A DNA stretch of 64,000 bases. Source: a virus. The stretch lies in IMG/VR virus record IMGVR_UViG_3300028377_000004, positions 32,001-96,000 of that record; one strand, written 5' to 3'. Positions 59,704 to 64,000 of this stretch are shown piece after piece. The notes under the pieces were generated by a model. It saw only the letters and a program-made list of their open reading frames with translations. It was not told the origin of the DNA and did no database searches. Both the position numbers and the translations under genes were made by a program. Position 1 is the stretch's first letter. Each line of letters starts with the position of its first letter.

Positions 59704-61422
59704 TTACATGTCCAAATATTGAGCGAGATTTTTAAGTAATTCTTTTCCCGAAAGAGGTTTAGGTTTAGCTCCAGGTTTTAATATGATCTCTTTTTCAAAA
59801 CTCCACCTTCCATCCCCTAATGGGTTTCTAGGAGTTCCATAATGAATTAAAACATCGTCTACTTTTACCTTATACCCTTGTATGGTATTTTTTATTTCCC
59901 ATTCAGAAGGATCATTATATTTTGCTTGACTAAGCGGCTCCCCTCTTCTAACATCATAAAGATTTTTTATGAAATCAGTAACCCTTCCCCTTTCAAGGGA
60001 GTCGTGCATAGAATAACCTCCGAAGTCCGTAGGAAAATTCCCTGAACTTTCCACTCTCCACATAATTGAGGAGGACCCCATTGCCTTCCTATTTGCTGTA
60101 TTCAATGCCTCTTTTAATTCGGGATGTAAGTTCTGCCAAATGTCTACAATCTCATCTTTAAGAGATCTGGAAGGAAATTCAGTCCAACGTGCTAAAGGTT
60201 CCCGAAGCGCCATCATGGCATGGTCATAAGGATCTTCCTCCATAAATTTCCAGGGGACTTCTCGACGTTGGTCAAAATAATCCATATTCATAGCCTCTTT
60301 AACATAACGAGAAGCTATTCTAGTTATTGAGGCTTTTATGAAGTCCCCGGGCACCGTAAAATGATCCACCGATTCCATAAAATTGGCGAAACTTTCAGGT
60401 ACAGGTAGGATGGAAAATTCTTCTCCATCATCCAGCACCCCTTCCACCTGAGTCACCCCATTCTCATTCCTACCGAACTCTATCTCTACTTTTCGTTTAT
60501 CATCAGAGAGCGCATCAATCTTCTTATTTAACTCTTTTCTCCTTTGTATTTCAGAAGGAGATTCTTCTTGTTTTTCATAAATATTTCCGGTTTTCAAATA
60601 GGAAGAGAAAATAAGATCAATCTGGTCGGAAGCTAAGGGCAATTCCACTTTTGCTTGTGACGAAATAGTCTGCAAAACCTGTTGAGCCTCCCACTCTTCA
60701 AGTCCAATCTTTATGAGAAGTCTGATAGCATGTTTCTGAGCTCTCTCTGGTCCGGTAGCGGTATCCTCAGCCAACCCATTAGCCATGTCATCAATCATGG
60801 AGTTAAATCGTTCTAGCATCCTCTGAGGGATTTCCAAAGAATAACCCACTTCTTGAATAGCACTTGCAATAATAGAAGGTGTCACTTCTACCTTTGCCTC
60901 TCTAACAAGATCTCTCACAAATTTATGAGCATCTTCGACGGACAGGGATTGGCCTCTTAAATATTCAGACATTTCGTGTCTAATTTCCTTAGCCAGTATA
61001 GACTCTAGTCTTTGAGGGTCTATCGTGGGGAAAGGAGAAATCCCTTCCTTTATAAAGGTTTTTAACGATCTCTTAATACCTTCCACTAATTGTGAAGGTA
61101 AATTAATCATAAGAGCTTGCTTATTATAATAACGAGAAGCAACCCTGATAGCAGCTTCTTTATACTCTTTACCTTCGGAGATTTTCTTTACTATTTGCTC
61201 TATACGGCTTGAAGATTTTTTACCCTCAAAATAATTATCTTTTTTACAATGAGGACTATTGGGATACTTGTACTTACAGTACCTAGACCATGCTAAAGCG
61301 TATGCTTTCCCCTCATCATTGCCCTGTTCTAGATGCTCTTCCACATAGCGCTTGACTGTTTTGGGGACATTATCAGCGGTTTTGGATAGATATCGTAAAG
61401 CTATTTTCTTTGAGTTAGTCAT
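59704..61422 (-). CDS. Multidomain protein: ChaB-like N-terminus, repeated ASR(Y)..KxA tags, C-terminal putative ADP-ribosyltransferase
   Basis: KAYALAWSRY; IMWRVES...GYSM...YKVKVDDVL...FEKEIIL (R-S-ExE order). Confidence 0.55.
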   Translation of the reverse strand: MTNSKKIALRYLSKTADNVPKTVKRYVEEHLEQGNDEGKAYALAWSRYCKYKYPNSPHCKKDNYFEGKKSSSRIEQIVKKISEGKEYKEAAIRVASRYYNKQALMINLPSQLVEGIKRSLKTFIKEGISPFPTIDPQRLESILAKEIRHEMSEYLRGQSLSVEDAHKFVRDLVREAKVEVTPSIIASAIQEVGYSLEIPQRMLERFNSMIDDMANGLAEDTATGPERAQKHAIRLLIKIGLEEWEAQQVLQTISSQAKVELPLASDQIDLIFSSYLKTGNIYEKQEESPSEIQRRKELNKKIDALSDDKRKVEIEFGRNENGVTQVEGVLDDGEEFSILPVPESFANFMESVDHFTVPGDFIKASITRIASRYVKEAMNMDYFDQRREVPWKFMEEDPYDHAMMALREPLARWTEFPSRSLKDEIVDIWQNLHPELKEALNTANRKAMGSSSIMWRVESSGNFPTDFGGYSMHDSLERGRVTDFIKNLYDVRRGEPLSQAKYNDPSEWEIKNTIQGYKVKVDDVLIHYGTPRNPLGDGRWSFEKEIILKPGAKPKPLSGKELLKNLAQYLDM

Positions 61423-61499
61423 AAATATCTCAGTAGGGGAGAAACTGTTTTAGTTCAATGTCCTTAAAAACAAAAACTTTAATAAAACTAGCGTCAAAC

Positions 61500-61536
61500 A
61501 AAAAAAACTTCCTCCCCATTTACAAGGATAAGGAAG
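61500..61536 (-). terminator. Intrinsic terminator
   Basis: cttccttatcc...ggggaggaag stem followed by 8 T on the minus strand. Confidence 0.7.
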
Positions 61537-61562
61537 CCCGTTTCGATCTAATACTATAATAA

Positions 61563-61952
61563 TCAGATAGCGCCCAAATAAGTGAGAACTTTTCCGATCA
61601 GTTTTACTCCACTTTCATCCGAGGACACACTGAATGTTTTGGGAGCAACTGATACGGGAACCTCCCTAGATTCTTTCATGGAGAAATTGCTACCACGTTC
61701 TACGGTAGCAAAGATATGAGCTTTATCCTGTAAGTAGAAAAACTTAATGTTTAAATCTGGCATAACCAAATCAACTTGCATACCTTGACTGGTTCTATTA
61801 TGCTGAATGTCAACACCCGACTGAAAATGGCCAGGCAATTTTCTCAAACATAGTAGAGCAATGTCAGACAGATATTCTTCCGCGACGGATTCTAAAGACC
61901 CATGTTGGAATAATAGATTTGCATATTTTCTAGCCATAACAATATTTCTCAC
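61563..61952 (-). CDS. Hypothetical protein
   Basis: 129-aa ORF between two terminators. Confidence 0.6.
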   Translation of the reverse strand: MRNIVMARKYANLLFQHGSLESVAEEYLSDIALLCLRKLPGHFQSGVDIQHNRTSQGMQVDLVMPDLNIKFFYLQDKAHIFATVERGSNFSMKESREVPVSVAPKTFSVSSDESGVKLIGKVLTYLGAI

Positions 61953-61954
61953 AT

Positions 61955-61987
61955 AAAAAACCCGCCCCCTTTTTAAAGAGGACGGGC
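61955..61987 (-). terminator. Intrinsic terminator after the tail tube gene
   Basis: cccgtcctct-ttaaaa-agggggcggg followed by ttttt. Confidence 0.85.
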
Positions 61988-61998
61988 CATTAAATCAT

Positions 61999-62667
61999 TT
62001 AAATAGTAGGGCTTCCTGTTCCTGACCCGAATCTGAAGGATCCTCCAGTAGAGTCAGAGAAAGGATTATTACCGGTAGACTCACTGTCAGAGCTTAACGA
62101 CCCGTAAGTGCTTGTTCCGTCAATGATATCGGAAACCATTGCACTTACACTTTCAGCAACCATCGCACCATCTGCGGCGAAGTCATAGGAATAATCATTC
62201 AACCAGCAAGCCTCGAAGAACGTCAGAAGCGCTTCGTTGGCACCATCACTAGCAGGACTTACCTGCTTGGGGACGTTAGCCTGTGTAGCGATTCTAGAGA
62301 ACACAAGTTCTTGCTTGATATCAAAAGGCCACTGGTGATGCTTTAGAGAACGTACTAGACCGTCAACACCACCGGCGTATCCAAATCGTTGGTGAGCATT
62401 TGCTAAATAAAGCAACTGACGTTCAATGGAAAGGGAAATTGGATCCGTAACACCAGGAACCAACTCTGCTACTTGATCCCCATAACCAATACCACGAACG
62501 GCTTCAACCGATCGAGATTCAGATACAGAGAAAGACGACATAACGCCGACCTGAGAGAAAGTGCTGTTGTCATAAGACACCGAATAAATCTTGTTCTTTT
62601 GGGAAACTACAACCCTTGTGTTGGGCGTAGTACCTTTTCTATAAATATAGCTGTCGTTGTCTTGCAC
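61999..62667 (-). CDS. Tail tube protein
   Basis: VGVMSSFSVSESRSVEAVRGIG.GD...ELVPG......SIER...FEACWL.DYS......G.MV.ESV; GTG start with ggagg RBS. Confidence 0.75.
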   Translation of the reverse strand: MQDNDSYIYRKGTTPNTRVVVSQKNKIYSVSYDNSTFSQVGVMSSFSVSESRSVEAVRGIGYGDQVAELVPGVTDPISLSIERQLLYLANAHQRFGYAGGVDGLVRSLKHHQWPFDIKQELVFSRIATQANVPKQVSPASDGANEALLTFFEACWLNDYSYDFAADGAMVAESVSAMVSDIIDGTSTYGSLSSDSESTGNNPFSDSTGGSFRFGSGTGSPTI

Positions 62668-62735
62668 AGCGAGCCTCCGGTAAAGAGTTAAGTTGGTGAG
62701 GGTATATTACTATCTATTATGAAAGGATTATTAAA

Positions 62736-64000
62736 TTACTTCAGTGAATCCAGTACAGATCGTAAATGCTCTCGAAGTTCGGGATTAGTATGTCCCAAAT
62801 GAATCAGTGAGCCTCGCAAGCTATTGAGATTGCCTCTTGCTTCATCGCGATCTTCAATGACGTGGGGAGCTTGATGAGGAGCAGGAGAGCCCCCTAAATC
62901 GCCATGTCCTCCTTCATATTGTTCGACTCGGGGAGCTTTCATATCCACTCTTTGATCCCAAGTATCGAACTCACCTTGGGTAAAATACCCAGGCTCATTG
63001 GCAGGTTGCATGGATTCTTTATATTCAGGGAAGTCGCGAGGTCCGTTAAGAGAAGGTTCCACATCATGATATTTAGGATCATATCCTGTGTCGGTCACTC
63101 CTTCCATGGGGGAAGGAACTCCTACCCCTGGTTCTGCTACCCTGTCGTTTCTACTCTCTTCCCAATCTGTATCTTTCAGACGGTATTGGTCTGGTGAGAT
63201 ATCATAAGCTTCGACATAAGGGTCATCCTCAAGCCCATCTCCATCCCCGAAATCTAACCAGTCTACTTCACCTACGTCCTCTCTTACATCTTCGCTGTTA
63301 CGAGAAGGATACCAAGTTTCGTTTTTGGATTGGTCGCCCCAAAAATCATCATGTTCTTTTTCAATTTCATGGAGGGGTCTATCAGCTACATGAGTGGAAG
63401 CTGATTTTCGTCCGGGATAGAACGTTTGGTTTTTGGATTGATCCCCATAAAGACCATCCATCTCTTTTTCTACATCTTCCAGAGACATATCATACCATGA
63501 AGAACCTTCTACTGTTGCTCCAGGTTGTTCAGAGGCAGCCTGTCTACGAAAAGAATTACGGGAAGGATACCAGGTATCGTTCTTGGACTGATCCCCATAA
63601 AGTTCGTCCATTTCCCTTTCCACTTCTTCCAAAGTCATATGAGAAGAAGCATTTTTTCTGCCTGGATAAAATGTCTCGTTTTTAGACTGGTCTCCATAGG
63701 TCTTATCCATGACCTTTTCTGCTTGCTCCAGCGTAAGAGCAGACCAGTGAGGGACTTTAACGGAAGCATTTCTATTCTTCCGGTTAAAATAGTACGTTTC
63801 GTTTTTGGACTGATCCCCATAAATAGCATCGACTTCTTTCTCAACTTTTTCTAGGGTCAGATCTGTAGACTTGGTAGAAAGAATAGAAGCCAACTTTCTT
63901 CGGAGGCGAAGTTTACCTTGGGGAGAAGCTACTTTTTCCGCAAATAAGATAAGAGACGCGATCTTTCTTTTGACACGGCTCTCTCTCTTTTGATTGGTAA
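62736..64000 (-). CDS. Repeat-containing putative head/internal protein (5'-partial; frame open to the window end)
   Basis: No stop codon between 63893 and 64000 in frame (..KRKIASLILFAEKVAS...RRKLAS..); five GDQSKN repeats; C-terminal LIHLGHTNPELREHL tag. Confidence 0.8.
   Translation of the reverse strand, partial: TNQKRESRVKRKIASLILFAEKVASPQGKLRLRRKLASILSTKSTDLTLEKVEKEVDAIYGDQSKNETYYFNRKNRNASVKVPHWSALTLEQAEKVMDKTYGDQSKNETFYPGRKNASSHMTLEEVEREMDELYGDQSKNDTWYPSRNSFRRQAASEQPGATVEGSSWYDMSLEDVEKEMDGLYGDQSKNQTFYPGRKSASTHVADRPLHEIEKEHDDFWGDQSKNETWYPSRNSEDVREDVGEVDWLDFGDGDGLEDDPYVEAYDISPDQYRLKDTDWEESRNDRVAEPGVGVPSPMEGVTDTGYDPKYHDVEPSLNGPRDFPEYKESMQPANEPGYFTQGEFDTWDQRVDMKAPRVEQYEGGHGDLGGSPAPHQAPHVIEDRDEARGNLNSLRGSLIHLGHTNPELREHLRSVLDSLK
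63290..63860 (-). repeat. Five ~30-aa peptide repeats [TSP]LxxxE(K/R)xxDxx(Y/W)GDQSKNxT(Y/F/W)Y
   Basis: Seen directly in the translation; on the + strand tttggactgatccccataaa-like blocks recur. Confidence 0.9.

Noticed and set aside
62695-62710. gagggtatatta, resembling the early promoter core
   Set aside because: It lacks CCAGGG and the TTGTAA -35. It points away from the adjacent tube gene, antisense into the 3' end of the 62736 gene.
1-64000. CRISPR array, tRNA or rRNA genes
   Set aside because: No regularly spaced repeat-spacer array and no cloverleaf/T-loop signature in the few short intergenic gaps. The repeats found are coding.
1-64000. Stop-codon reassignment, as in some large phages
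   Set aside because: Genes are long and tightly packed under code 11, and TAA, TAG and TGA all appear as real stops.

Overview
A 64-kb segment of a large lytic-type myovirus (contractile tail) read in standard genetic code 11. I found no tRNA, rRNA, CRISPR array or integrase. The left part (1-23.1 kb, mostly + strand) starts with the C-terminal part of a family A DNA polymerase. It continues with small accessory genes (PhoH, IF-1, 2H phosphoesterase, Ntn-hydrolase, Zn-finger proteins, polynucleotide kinase, T5orf172 nuclease), a cluster of beta-rich putative fibre/receptor-binding proteins with an embedded SPOUT-like gene, and a patatin plus a GIY-YIG endonuclease. The right part (23.2-64 kb, almost all - strand) has a phosphoesterase-RNA ligase fusion and an LPD1-like zincin. 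It then carries the tail morphogenesis module: baseplate wedge, J-like and gp25-like proteins, a 2164-aa protein, spike, hub-SLT, tube initiators, tape measure, chaperones and tail tube. Four observations stand out. (1) Otherwise unrelated proteins share two short peptide tags, an LxxxLIxLGxxxPELRxHL-type motif and a [VIL]ASR[YF]..KxA motif, and their cargo includes a putative ADP-ribosyltransferase, an HExxH zincin and a wHTH domain; this suggests a virion-packaged, injected effector set. (2) A Pnkp-type RNA repair system is split into two genes 14 kb apart, both downstream of the same conserved promoter, alongside a 2H enzyme, IF-1 and a SPOUT-like methyltransferase. (3) One protein has five GDQSKNxT repeats. 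(4) A highly structured ~170-nt intergenic element lies at 16.56-16.73 kb. All functional calls come from motif recognition by eye; no database searches were run.
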